Positions 45,330-55,236 of a stretch of 64,000 nt of DNA are shown one piece after another. The translations under genes were made by a program, and so were the position numbers. Origin of the DNA: Candidatus Methanophagales archaeon. GTDB taxonomy: Archaea; Halobacteriota; Syntropharchaeia; Alkanophagales; Methanospirareceae. Where the stretch lies: positions 4,528 through 68,527 of the forward strand of contig JAFNKG010000002.1 in assembly GCA_017883965.1 (NCBI GenBank). Reading direction: 5' to 3'. Positions within the stretch are counted from its first letter, which is position 1. Every line of letters begins with the position of its first letter. The notes beneath the pieces are model-generated. The model was not told the DNA's origin and searched no databases. It saw only the letters and a program-made list of their open reading frames with translations.

Positions 45330-46052
45330 ATGGAAGAATATATAAAGAACGTTAAAAATATTGTGGATGCATTAAGTATAGAAAAAGAGCCAGTCGGGGT
45401 AAAGTACACGGATGAAGACCCAAAGGTTGAGCTTGAAATAGGGAGCTATACCGTGTGTGGAGCGATACTGGAAGCTTCTGAAGGGAAAGTCATATTGCTA
45501 TCAGAAGATAAATGTGCCTGTTTCGGAGGAAAGAGCCATCTTGGTCTTACACCGAGGAGAGAAATACCATGGAAGATGCTTGTTGAGGGCGAGAAGCTCT
45601 GGTTTGACGTTAAAACAGCAGTAAGGTCGAGCGTAGCGGTTGAAAGGATTGCAAAGCCACCCGTTGGTCTTTCAAAGAAGATATTTCTTTATCCTGTAAG
45701 AACAGGTCTTTTTCAGCCGGACCTCATCCTCATGCTTGTAAACGCGGAGCAGGCATCAAGGCTCATCACCTTAAATCAGTTCTGGGATGGAAAAACGCCA
45801 TCTATCGAGATGAGAGAACCTCTCTGTTGGAGCATGATAACCTACCCACTTGTATCAGGGAACTTCAACCTCTCGGTTGGCGACATAACTGCAAGGAGGA
45901 TGGAGAGGTGGGACCCGGGGCTTATGGTCGCATCAATTCCGTGGGAGAGGCTAAGAGGTATTGCAAAAGCGGTTGATTTCAGCACCGCGGGACGGGCAGA
46001 GCGGTCTGAGGAGTTTGAAAGGATGACCGAGAAGATGAGGTCACGAAGATAG
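45330..46052 (+). CDS. DUF169-family protein
   Basis: 240 aa; PVGVKY...CGAILEAS...CACFGG pattern resembles DUF169 (COG2043). Confidence 0.4.
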   Translation: MEEYIKNVKNIVDALSIEKEPVGVKYTDEDPKVELEIGSYTVCGAILEASEGKVILLSEDKCACFGGKSHLGLTPRREIPWKMLVEGEKLWFDVKTAVRSSVAVERIAKPPVGLSKKIFLYPVRTGLFQPDLILMLVNAEQASRLITLNQFWDGKTPSIEMREPLCWSMITYPLVSGNFNLSVGDITARRMERWDPGLMVASIPWERLRGIAKAVDFSTAGRAERSEEFERMTEKMRSRR

Positions 46053-46064
46053 ATAATACTATTT

Positions 46065-47234
46065 ATGAAAAAGAACGGACTATCAAAAAAGCATCTTCTC
46101 ATTTTATTGTATTTTTCAGTACTTCTTGGACCTTTTGGAGGAAGTACTGTGTTTGCGTTGATTAAATCACTTAAAGGATTCTTCATTGACGAGCCCTGGT
46201 TTATACCAGTATCTATTACGATTTACATGATTCCGTTTGCATTCGTTCAGCTCTTTTCCGGTGCGCTTTCAGATATTTATGGAAGAAAGAGAACCATTCT
46301 TTTTGGATTATTTACGTTCTCATTTGCATCGCTATTATGCGCATCATCGAATAATACCGGGTTATTCCTCGGTGCAAGGGCATTACAAGGGCTTGGAAGT
46401 GCATTTATAGCCCCTATCATCATGGCGACCATCGGCGATGTCTTTTCATACAAGGAGCGTGGTAGGGTAATGGGTGGATATGGAGCAGCAACACAAGCAG
46501 GAATCGCATTTGGTCCGTTAGTTGCTGGATTTCTTGCATTGATTGATTGGAGGCTTGTATTCTTGACGTTGTTCCTCTTCTCCGGACTGCTCGGCTCTAT
46601 TTACCTCGTTTATTTCGATGCATCAAAGGGTGAAGGAGAATTAAAGGATGTATTGAGGCGGATGAGCGGTGTATTCAAGAATAAAGATGCTTTACGGCTT
46701 TGTATGGTTGGACTACTCGTATTCTTTGGAAATATCGCAGCGATGACGTTCTTAGCAGATACACTGACGACATCCGTGAGCGAGGATAAGATAGGTATTT
46801 TGATTTCCACAGTTGGATTCATAGGGATTGCGACAGCGCCGATTGCCGGCTATCTTACGGATTTTATCGGTAGAAAGAATACATTGCTTATCGGGTTGGT
46901 TATCATGCTCGGTGCGTTTTTGATATTTATGCAGGTGAATACATATATGGCATTTTTCATTCCGATTTTGATCATGGGTATTGGAGGCGCAACGGTATTT
47001 ACCTCGCTTAACACGATGGTCGTGGAGTGCGTGCCCGAATCAAGAGGAGCGGCATCGTCCATATATAATAGTTTCCGTTTTTTAGGCTACGGCTTATCGC
47101 CTGTGGTGACCTTACCTGTTTATTTAGTGTATGGTCTAAAAGGAATCATCTTTGTATGTATATGTCTCGTGTTGACGAATATTTTAATTTCAACGTTTTT
47201 GAGATACAAGGTGGAAGACGTGACAAAGGAATGA
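46065..47234 (+). CDS. MFS transporter
   Basis: 389 aa; 12 predicted TM, GRKRT-like loop motif (DIYGRKRTILF). Confidence 0.75.
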   Translation: MKKNGLSKKHLLILLYFSVLLGPFGGSTVFALIKSLKGFFIDEPWFIPVSITIYMIPFAFVQLFSGALSDIYGRKRTILFGLFTFSFASLLCASSNNTGLFLGARALQGLGSAFIAPIIMATIGDVFSYKERGRVMGGYGAATQAGIAFGPLVAGFLALIDWRLVFLTLFLFSGLLGSIYLVYFDASKGEGELKDVLRRMSGVFKNKDALRLCMVGLLVFFGNIAAMTFLADTLTTSVSEDKIGILISTVGFIGIATAPIAGYLTDFIGRKNTLLIGLVIMLGAFLIFMQVNTYMAFFIPILIMGIGGATVFTSLNTMVVECVPESRGAASSIYNSFRFLGYGLSPVVTLPVYLVYGLKGIIFVCICLVLTNILISTFLRYKVEDVTKE

Positions 47235-47244
47235 CCATTGAGAA

Positions 47245-48585
47245 ATGGAAGAAGAAGAGAAAGAGAAGATAATAGAAACAGCGGTATGTCCCTTCTGCGC
47301 CTGTCTATGCGATGATGTGGTTATTTCCGTAGATGTAGAGGGAAACAAAATAAAAGAGGTAAGAAACGCATGCAAGTTCGGTGTGAAAAAGTTCCTTTCG
47401 CCACAAAATGCGGGGAGGTTAAGAAAGCCGAGAGTAAATGGAGAAGCGACGGATTACGAACATGCATTAGGAAAGGCGGTGGAGATACTAAGAAAAGCGA
47501 ATAAGCCGCTTGTCTATGGGCTGAGCAATAGCGGATACAACGCTCAGCATGTCGCGCTGGAAATAGCAAAGCACAAGAAGGGCGTATATGACGTCACGGA
47601 ATCTATTTGCCATAATCTTCTGTATCCAGAGTTGCGAAAAGGTAAAAACCCGTTTTACTATGCTCTGCTGGATGAGATAAGGGACAACGCCAACACCATC
47701 ATTTACTGGGGCTCTAATCCCGTTGAATCGCATCCAAGACATCTTTCCAGGTTCGCGGTATATCCGGTTGGAAGATATGCAATGAGAGGAGTGCTGGATA
47801 GGGAAATGATTACTATTGACGTGGTTGATAGCGAATTGAAGAAACTATCGAGGTGGTTCTTGCGGGTGAACGCCGGCACGGGAGGAGGAGATGTTAAAAT
47901 AGCAGAGATTATGACGCGGTTGGTAAAAGGAGAGACGAACGGGTTAGGAGAACTTGTAGAGGACTCAGTAGACTTTGATGCCGTAAGAAAAATAGCAGAC
48001 AGGTTGAAGAAAGCGTTTTACGGTGTTATTTTCGTTGGTCTTGGTGTTTTTTCAAGCGAAAACGCATCGAAAAAAGTAGAAGCTATTTTGGCTCTCGTTG
48101 ATGCGCTCAACAAAGAGGGTGTGAAATTCGTGCTGTTTCCTATGAAGGGGCATTTCAATGTGGTCGGTGCGGTGCAGCTTTTGTTACGAGAGACCGGGTA
48201 TCCTTATGGCGTGGATTTTTCTCGTGACAAAATCTTCATGCCGGGTAAGACAACGGTTCTGGACGTGATAGAGCAAGGAGAGGTGGATGCGGCGTTAATC
48301 GTAGGTGCAGACCCTTTTTCGTCGTTTCCTCGCGATAAAGCGAGAAAATTGTGCAATATGCCTGTAATCTTAATAGACCCATTTGAGAGTCCAACTACGC
48401 AGTTCGCCTCTGTTGCGATTCCTACTGCGATTACGGGTGTCGAAACGGACGCGATAGCATACCGGATGGATGGTCTTCCTTTGAAGCTTGATAAAATTGT
48501 GGATTGCGGGTATCCTTCGGATATGGAGATTTTGGAGAGGATTTATGAGGGGTTGGTTTTTTCGAATATGCTCAATAAAGAGTGA
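47245..48585 (+). CDS. formylmethanofuran dehydrogenase subunit B paralog (molybdopterin oxidoreductase family)
   Basis: 446 aa; N-terminal CPFCACLCDD Fe-S motif; collinear similarity with FwdB at 27305-28603. Confidence 0.8.
   Translation: MEEEEKEKIIETAVCPFCACLCDDVVISVDVEGNKIKEVRNACKFGVKKFLSPQNAGRLRKPRVNGEATDYEHALGKAVEILRKANKPLVYGLSNSGYNAQHVALEIAKHKKGVYDVTESICHNLLYPELRKGKNPFYYALLDEIRDNANTIIYWGSNPVESHPRHLSRFAVYPVGRYAMRGVLDREMITIDVVDSELKKLSRWFLRVNAGTGGGDVKIAEIMTRLVKGETNGLGELVEDSVDFDAVRKIADRLKKAFYGVIFVGLGVFSSENASKKVEAILALVDALNKEGVKFVLFPMKGHFNVVGAVQLLLRETGYPYGVDFSRDKIFMPGKTTVLDVIEQGEVDAALIVGADPFSSFPRDKARKLCNMPVILIDPFESPTTQFASVAIPTAITGVETDAIAYRMDGLPLKLDKIVDCGYPSDMEILERIYEGLVFSNMLNKE
48470..48556 (+). 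repeat. 87-bp direct repeat, copy 1 (native 3' end of fwdB paralog)
   Basis: atggtcttcctttgaagcttgataaaattgtggattgcg.gtatccttcggata.gga.attttggagaggatttatgaggggtt repeated at 49385-49470 with 4 mismatches. Confidence 0.7.
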
Positions 48586-48795
48586 AAAATCCTAAATACT
48601 AATTTCTAAACTCTAAACAATTTCAAAATTCGAAATCCAAATACCAAAACAAACTTTTTTGCTTCGCAAAAACCTTTACTAAAAATAATAGTTTCTTTGG
48701 TAAAGCTTTCTTTTCTAAAGAAAGGTTTGTTTTGAATTTGTAATTTTTGTCATTGGGATTTGTTTAGGATTTCGGATTTCGTATTTAGGATTTCG
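48586..48795. mobile_element. MITE-like element with ~60-bp imperfect terminal inverted repeats built from AAATCCT/AGGATTT units
   Basis: Left end aaatcctaaatactaatttctaaactc...cgaaatccaaatacc; right end gggatttgtttaggatttcggatttcgtatttaggatttcg; internal palindromes and T-runs; non-coding. Confidence 0.5.
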
Positions 48796-48861
48796 TCCAC
48801 AAGATATTGAGCAATTACGTTTTTTCGTAGCTCTTAGAAATCAGAAAACAGTACAGTCTGG

Positions 48862-49137
48862 TTATGGCTTACTAAGTGTGTAAAGCTCTTTCCAATCCAC
48901 GGGATATGTCAGCATCAATTTCCCTGCTTTTGTCCTGACCAAATCAGCGGCTTCCAATCTTTCAATTGCTTTCTGAATATTTTCATAGTTCCATCCAGTC
49001 AATTTCTCGTAATCCTGGATACTTAGCCCCGGGTTTTCACATATCACTTCGTATAGTTCAAGGTCCTTTTCTTCATATTCGACAGATAGTTCATGGAAAG
49101 ATTCTCTCACACCCTTAATATTTTTTGCAGAAACCAT
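48862..49137 (-). CDS. small winged-helix DNA-binding protein
   Basis: 91 aa; LSIQDYEKLTGWNYENIQKAIERLEAADLVRTKAGKLMLTYPV resembles wHTH regulators. Confidence 0.4.
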   Translation of the reverse strand: MVSAKNIKGVRESFHELSVEYEEKDLELYEVICENPGLSIQDYEKLTGWNYENIQKAIERLEAADLVRTKAGKLMLTYPVDWKELYTLSKP

Positions 49138-49242
49138 TTTTCTCTTTTTTAATATTGCTATTCTGTATTTATAAAAAGCAAGTTCAGGTCAGATCAAAGA
49201 GGATATGTCACAGCAACGCTTAAAAAGTTACGCAGGAAAGGT

Positions 49243-49341
49243 ATGATACGAGAACACCCGACAAGAGGCGGGCTAACCTACGAATTGACTGTTGAAGGTC
49301 GTGATATTGCGAAACGATTGCAAGAAGAGAAGGGGGGATAA
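49243..49341 (+). pseudogene. C-terminal fragment of a winged-helix regulator (wing region)
   Basis: ...TLKKLRRKGMIREHPTRGGLTYELTVEGRDIAKRLQEEKGG*; no N-terminal HTH or proper start. Confidence 0.3.
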
Positions 49342-49384
49342 TTTTTTAATGCAGATGGGTTCAAGAGGAGATGTAATAAAAGGA

Positions 49385-49470
49385 ATGGTCTTCCTTTGAA
49401 GCTTGATAAAATTGTGGATTGCGAGTATCCTTCGGATAAGGAAATTTTGGAGAGGATTTATGAGGGGTTA
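49385..49470 (+). repeat. 87-bp direct repeat, copy 2 (orphan duplicate of fwdB-paralog 3' end)
   Basis: See 48470-48556; out of any long ORF. Confidence 0.7.
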
Positions 49471-49660
49471 GCTCTTTAAAAATCCCAATACTAACAATAA
49501 ACTTTTCCTCAGTAGGACTAAAAAGTATAAGTCGGTATAAGATTAGGGAAAATGTTAAATATACCTAAAATAAATTATGTAACATATGCCCTGTATGTTG
49601 AGAATACGTGGTATGCAACTTTAAAACGCATAGAAAGGTAAATCGTCAGGGAGAGGACCA

Positions 49661-49882
49661 ATGGGGATTGAGGATATACTTGAAATTCCAAAAAGGATAC
49701 TCGGAGCTGTAGTTGCAATAATTACACTCATATTTACAATTATTTTGATGCAAATTAAAGGAGAGATACAAAATACCCTCTTACAAGCGTTTGGTGTTGG
49801 AACGCCGATAATAATTATCCTTACCATTCTCGGTTTTATAGCGGTTTTTTATGTTATAAAAGAGACTGTAAAAAAATTATGA
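49661..49882 (+). CDS. small two-TM membrane protein
   Basis: 73 aa, two hydrophobic helices. Confidence 0.3.
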   Translation: MGIEDILEIPKRILGAVVAIITLIFTIILMQIKGEIQNTLLQAFGVGTPIIIILTILGFIAVFYVIKETVKKL

Positions 49883-49975
49883 AAATAACACCTTAGTTAG
49901 GGTGGTACACTTCTCCACCTATTCCAACACTCTACACGGATAATTTTATTACAATTAGTCACCATTAATCGTATT

Positions 49976-50725
49976 ATGTTAGGTAGAGATCACGTACTCA
50001 TAGCTTTTCTTATTGGTGTTGTTATTTCTGCTTGTTTTTACATGGTTACTGAAATTGATTTGGCGTTTCTGTTGATCTTCATGTTTGGAATAGTTTCTGG
50101 TTCTCTGATTCCAGACATAGATTCTCCAGATTCAGCCATGAACTATCAAAGAATAAGAGGCAAATATATGGACCTATTGGCATTCTTTACTCAAATAAAC
50201 CCTTTGATTGCAAAAATTACCAGAATAATGGTTGTTCCGTTCATCTATCTGTTAAAGACGAAGTATCCGGATGTAGATGAAACCCATAGAGGAATCTTTC
50301 ACTCTGTGACTGGGGTTTTCATCATAACGCTGGTTTGGTTAATAATAATGGGTCTTTTAACTCTTGTTACAATGAATAACGGTAGTTTTACGTTACTATT
50401 CATGGCTTTTCCCGTAGGGCTATTCGTTGGCGGAATAATCCACCTGATTGAAGATAGCTTTACCGTTTCTGGAATATATTGGTTACAGCCCTTTAATCAA
50501 ATACATACGAAAGGAAAAATCAAGACGATGCCAGAATATATAGCGAAGAAGAGAGAAATAGAATTAAGAGAGCGAGAATACATTCTTACATGGTACTTCA
50601 TAGGATTGACTATAATAGTGATTGCAACGCTTTATTTTCTGAAAATAATCTTATTAACAATCTTATTAATGTTTTTGGGGTTAATAGTAGCAGGAAAGAT
50701 ATGGGGCGTAAAAATATCAAGATAA
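49976..50725 (+). CDS. membrane-bound metal-dependent hydrolase (DUF457/YdjM-like)
   Basis: 249 aa; multi-TM with IPDIDSPDS and HRGIFHSVTG motifs. Confidence 0.5.
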   Translation: MLGRDHVLIAFLIGVVISACFYMVTEIDLAFLLIFMFGIVSGSLIPDIDSPDSAMNYQRIRGKYMDLLAFFTQINPLIAKITRIMVVPFIYLLKTKYPDVDETHRGIFHSVTGVFIITLVWLIIMGLLTLVTMNNGSFTLLFMAFPVGLFVGGIIHLIEDSFTVSGIYWLQPFNQIHTKGKIKTMPEYIAKKREIELREREYILTWYFIGLTIIVIATLYFLKIILLTILLMFLGLIVAGKIWGVKISR

Positions 50726-50930
50726 AGTATCCACGGCTCGTGGATAGGGGTTCTAATTTTTCCGCATCTTCAATCATTGCAGAGAATTGATTCGGCTTTA
50801 CTCAATGATAATTCGGTTGCAAACCAATCGGTAGGATTGGAACATGCTGAAGCCAAGTTCGAGAAAAGAACCAAGCTAAGAATTAACCTTAACACAAACT
50901 ATATATCAAAGTCTTTTCAACTCTTGTTGG

Positions 50931-52055
50931 ATGTGTGGTATGCAAATGAACGAACAAACGCTTTCAGGGACGATTGTATATGGCGATGAATTCGAGGAGA
51001 AGGAAGGGTATGTAGTAGTAGAGCAAGGTAAGATAAAGGAAATTGGTGCGGAAAAGATAGAAACAGCGGTAAGCGGCATCATAATTCCCTCGTTCGTCAA
51101 TGCACATACGCACGTCGGCGATTCAGTGGCAAAAGAGCCTGATTTTATGCCCGTGGAGAAGTTAGTGGGTCCGGGTGGATTCAAGCATAATTTATTGGCT
51201 GAAACTTCTTACGAAGTGCTTGTTTCCTCGATGAAGGATACTATTGAGGACATTTTTGCCACAGGGACACAAATATTTGCAGATTTCCGCGAAGGTGGTG
51301 TTTTTGGTGTGAGAGCGTTGAAAGAAGCTTTGAGTTTGACGGAAGCGAAGGTGCGAGAAAAGTTAAGCGTGAGAATATTTGGCAGACCTGCTGAGGGAAG
51401 TGGAAGTGGAACTGAAGATATTGACGGGCTTTTTGAATCGGTAGATGGAATAGGCATGAGCAGTGTCGCAGACCATCCGCGGGAAGACCTGGAATTTTTA
51501 GCTGCGGAGGCGAAGAGAAGGAAGAAAATGTTCGCACTTCACGCTGGTGAAAGAAACGCGGAGGACATAAAAGGTGCGATAGAGCTTGAGCCGGATTTCA
51601 TCGTGCACCTTACAAAAGCAATGCCGCAGGACTTCAAGAAAATGCATGATAAGAACATAGCGGCTGTCGTTTGCATTCGCTCTAACCTGATGACAGGATT
51701 GGGATTGCCTCCTTTACATCAGATGCTCGAATCAGGATTAACCGTGGGTGCCGGCACAGATAACGTAATGCTCAACTCGCCTGACGTATTTTCTGAAATG
51801 GAATTCATCTCGAAGATTTTTCACATTGAGGAAGGAGAAGTGCTGAAGATGTGCACGCTTAATTCCGCAAAGGTGCTGAATGCGGAAAAATTCGCTGGCT
51901 CAATAGAGGAAGGTAAAAATGCGAATTTAGTGGTGATTAGAAACGACACACCAAATATGAGAAACGTAAGGAATCCGATAAAAGGAGTAGTGAGAAGAGC
52001 GACACGTAATGACATCGCAGCAATAATATATGAAGGGGAAGTTGTGAAGTTTTGA
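50931..52055 (+). CDS. amidohydrolase-superfamily metal-dependent hydrolase (deaminase/chlorohydrolase-like)
   Basis: 374 aa; PSFVNAHTHVGDS, HAGE, GTD metal-binding motifs. Confidence 0.7.
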   Translation: MCGMQMNEQTLSGTIVYGDEFEEKEGYVVVEQGKIKEIGAEKIETAVSGIIIPSFVNAHTHVGDSVAKEPDFMPVEKLVGPGGFKHNLLAETSYEVLVSSMKDTIEDIFATGTQIFADFREGGVFGVRALKEALSLTEAKVREKLSVRIFGRPAEGSGSGTEDIDGLFESVDGIGMSSVADHPREDLEFLAAEAKRRKKMFALHAGERNAEDIKGAIELEPDFIVHLTKAMPQDFKKMHDKNIAAVVCIRSNLMTGLGLPPLHQMLESGLTVGAGTDNVMLNSPDVFSEMEFISKIFHIEEGEVLKMCTLNSAKVLNAEKFAGSIEEGKNANLVVIRNDTPNMRNVRNPIKGVVRRATRNDIAAIIYEGEVVKF

Positions 52056-52158
52056 TTTTTGATTTTTTATGTTGATGAGAAGCCAGCAAGTTGGAATATG
52101 ACAGGAGATGTTTTAAATAACAAAAACCAAATTATATATATTAAGGTGAGAAGAAAAG

Positions 52159-52398
52159 ATGGAAGAGAAAGTTAAAGTAAGGATAGTTATTGATGATAGA
52201 ATAAGACATGGAAAACCGATTGTTAAGGGAACAAGAATAACGGTAGATGAAGTTTTGGGGGCTCTAATAGGTGGTATGAGTTACGAGGAAATTGAGAGAG
52301 AATATGGAATAGAAAGGGAAGATATACTTGCTGTAATAGAGTATACAGCTTCTTTTGTTAGAGGAGAGGAAATTAGACCTTTGGGTATAAAAGCATGA
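52159..52398 (+). CDS. DUF433 antitoxin-like protein (second copy)
   Basis: 79 aa; DDRIRHGKPIVKGTRITVDEVLGALIGGMSYEEIEREYGIEREDILAVIEY. Confidence 0.7.
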   Translation: MEEKVKVRIVIDDRIRHGKPIVKGTRITVDEVLGALIGGMSYEEIEREYGIEREDILAVIEYTASFVRGEEIRPLGIKA

Positions 52399-52748
52399 GA
52401 TTCCTTCTTGATGCAAATATGCCTTACTCTTCTAAGGAAGTATTCAAAAAATTTGGTCAGGTAAACCATGCAAGAGATGTTGGTCTGGCAAGAGCGACAG
52501 ATAGAGAGATTATTGAACATGCATCAGAGCACAAAGCGATTCTTGTTACCAAAGATTTGGAGTTTGCCAATGTTCTTTTATATCCACTGAATTCACATTC
52601 TGGAGTAATAGTTCTGAGATTGCCATTTTACTTCACTGCAAAACAAATAAATAATGTTTTGAGAGAATTCCTATCTTCCCTTGATGTAAAAGAGTTAGAG
52701 AATGCAGTAACCATTCTTGAATTAGGAAGGTATAGGATGAGAAGATAA
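52395..52748 (+). CDS. DUF5615 toxin-like partner (second copy, intact)
   Basis: 117 aa; MRFLLDANMP...ILVTKDLEF; ATGA overlap with DUF433 gene. Confidence 0.65.
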   Translation: MRFLLDANMPYSSKEVFKKFGQVNHARDVGLARATDREIIEHASEHKAILVTKDLEFANVLLYPLNSHSGVIVLRLPFYFTAKQINNVLREFLSSLDVKELENAVTILELGRYRMRR

Positions 52749-52807
52749 AATAGAAATGAACTTAAGTAAGAAATAATTAGACATCGTTTATAATATCTTT
52801 AGAGGTG

Positions 52808-53746
52808 ATGACAATGGGGGGAGGACTCCAAGAAGAAGGGAAAATATGGTATAACGGTGAGTTTGTGGATTGGAAGGAAGCGAAAGTGCACGTTCTCTCG
52901 CACGGTCTGCATTACGGGTCTGGCGTTTTCGAGGGGATAAGGTGCTATGCAACGGAAAAAGGCTCGTTTATCTTCAGGTTGAAGGAACACATGGATAGGT
53001 TGTATCGGTCTGCGGATTTGTATAAGATGGAAATACCTTACTCGAAGGAAGAAGTGAAAGAAGCAGCAAAAGAAACGATTCGTATAAACGGACTTGATGC
53101 GTGCTACATAAGACCAATCGCTTTCTATGGGTTCCATCACTTAGGTGTGAACCCGGCAGACTGTCCTGTGGATTGTGCAATTGCAGTATGGCGGTGGGGC
53201 GCTTATCTTGGCGAGGAAGCGTTAGAGAGCGGTATAAGGTGCACTTTATCCCCCTGGCGAAGGATAGACCCAAACACATTGCCTGTTACGGCAAAAGCTA
53301 CGGGGCATTATTTGAATTCGATGTTAGCAGTGCAGGACGCAAAGGAAAGAGGATTTGACGAGGCGATAATGCTCGACAACAGTGGATACGTAGCAGAAGG
53401 TCCGGGCGAGAATATATTCGCAGTAAAAAACGCAATTTTATACACACCAGGAGCAGAATCTTCTATTTTACCCGGCATCACCAGAAGTTCAGTAATCGAG
53501 CTTGCACAGGATATTGGTTACGAGGTGGTAGAGAAGCCCATAACGAAGGAAGAACTATTGAGTGCCGATGAACTCTTTTTCACGGGGACAGCCGCAGAGG
53601 TGTCGCCGATAAGGGAGATAGATAACGTAACGATAGGAGAAGGTAAGAGAGGTGAAGTAACAGGCGATATACAAAGGAAGTTCTTTGACGTGGTGAATGC
53701 GAAAGAGGAGAAATATATGAGGTGGCTGGAGCCGGTGTACGAATAG
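52808..53746 (+). CDS. ilvE: branched-chain amino acid aminotransferase
   Basis: ~312 aa; YGSGVFEGIRCY, PLP-lysine region, class IV aminotransferase fold. Confidence 0.85.
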   Translation: MTMGGGLQEEGKIWYNGEFVDWKEAKVHVLSHGLHYGSGVFEGIRCYATEKGSFIFRLKEHMDRLYRSADLYKMEIPYSKEEVKEAAKETIRINGLDACYIRPIAFYGFHHLGVNPADCPVDCAIAVWRWGAYLGEEALESGIRCTLSPWRRIDPNTLPVTAKATGHYLNSMLAVQDAKERGFDEAIMLDNSGYVAEGPGENIFAVKNAILYTPGAESSILPGITRSSVIELAQDIGYEVVEKPITKEELLSADELFFTGTAAEVSPIREIDNVTIGEGKRGEVTGDIQRKFFDVVNAKEEKYMRWLEPVYE

Positions 53747-53911
53747 ATTATTTGAAAGTGCTCAAGAGTTGTTTTCAATATCTGTTTTTTTATATATTCC
53801 TTTAACATGCGTTCTTTCTACTTGAAGTCTTTTATAGTGAGTTGAAATAGAATTTAACGGTGCTGATAAGAGAGCACGATAAAGAATAAAAAGATTAGGA
53901 GGTGATAAAAA

Positions 53912-54244
53912 ATGAAATCGGAAATTTTAGCTGGTGTAGTTGCTGTCGGGCTACTAATCTTAGCAGCGGTGTTAAGTCTGGCTGGTATTGAAACGATAGC
54001 GGGATTCCCGCTCGCCGACTCTGGACAATTCGCAGGTGGGTATCTTGCCGCAGGGGACTTTGCCATTGGAGTATTTTCAGCTGGTATCTTTGCATTCGGA
54101 GTTTTCGCTGCGGGCATCTTCTCAATCGGTATATTCTCAATCGGTATTTTTTCCATTGGCTTATTCTCTTTTGGAATATACGCAGCAGGGATATACGCAG
54201 CTCAAAGATACATCAGAGCTTCAAAAACGAGCGAAAACGAATAA
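53912..54244 (+). CDS. small glycine-zipper repeat membrane protein
   Basis: 110 aa; signal/TM then tandem (G-I/V-F-S/A-x-G) hexad repeats GIFSIGIFSIGIFSIGLFSFGIYAAGIYAA; 18-bp tandem repeats at DNA level. Confidence 0.45.
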   Translation: MKSEILAGVVAVGLLILAAVLSLAGIETIAGFPLADSGQFAGGYLAAGDFAIGVFSAGIFAFGVFAAGIFSIGIFSIGIFSIGLFSFGIYAAGIYAAQRYIRASKTSENE

Positions 54245-54358
54245 GAATAAGACTGCAATGAAGTAAGGATGTGAAAGAGCCAACAATACTGTATGAGTAT
54301 TTGTTTTTTTCTTTATAATACAGGACAAATATTATTTCCATAGCATATATATTCGACT

Positions 54359-55057
54359 ATGGATAGAATCTATATACTGTATCACGGGTCGTTTGGGGAA
54401 CTGGTAATGGAGCATCTGGCTATGAGCGGACTTGCAGACAGGATTGTGAGCCTCTACGACCTTAAAATCACGTCCGTGTCGCTTGACGAGCCGGAGAATG
54501 ACATGCCGGAAGACATACCACTACCCAAATGCGAGCTTCTATTAGTGCTTGGAATACTCCCAAAGGCAGGCGACCTCGTACCCATCATAGCCGAGAGAAC
54601 AGGAGCAAAGGCGGTCCTCTGGCCTATTGATGACCCGAACTTGATACCAGAGGGTAAATATTCCATTGAAGAGGAACTCAAAAAGAAGGGGATACACGTG
54701 GAATTTCCGGAACCTCTTTGCTCGCTGGACAGGAGCGATAATGAAGTGGTCAATTCTTTTGCCGAATTCTTCGGTAAGCCTGAGTTTGAACTGAGAGTGA
54801 ATGCGAAGAACAAAGTTATCGAAGCCGTGAAGGTTATCCGAGATACACCCTGCGGCTCCGCTTCAAAAGTAGCGCCGAAGCTTGTGGGGAAGTCATACAA
54901 CGATATGAAATCGTTTGAGGAACAGGTCGGGCAGATGCACGATAACGAGTGCGTGGCTTACATGGGGCCGGAGAGACCAGTAATGCAGCAGGCAGGTAGA
55001 TTGCTCATAGACGCAATAAAGGAGGCGTTGTTGAATGGAAAATCAAAATTTTCATAA
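54359..55057 (+). CDS. hypothetical conserved protein
   Basis: 232 aa; no confident motif. Confidence 0.4.
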   Translation: MDRIYILYHGSFGELVMEHLAMSGLADRIVSLYDLKITSVSLDEPENDMPEDIPLPKCELLLVLGILPKAGDLVPIIAERTGAKAVLWPIDDPNLIPEGKYSIEEELKKKGIHVEFPEPLCSLDRSDNEVVNSFAEFFGKPEFELRVNAKNKVIEAVKVIRDTPCGSASKVAPKLVGKSYNDMKSFEEQVGQMHDNECVAYMGPERPVMQQAGRLLIDAIKEALLNGKSKFS

Positions 55058-55236
55058 CCATATCACAACCTTTATATAAGCACAGACCTTGTATGTTAAT
55101 GTAAACTAGGGAGACAGGGGGTTGGTGGTAAAATGAGCGAAAAAGAAAGCGAATTTGACGCTCTTGTAAAATTGCATACTAAGATGAACGAAAGCAATTT
55201 TGTGTTTGGTGGGCATGATTCTCTTGTCAGAATGCT

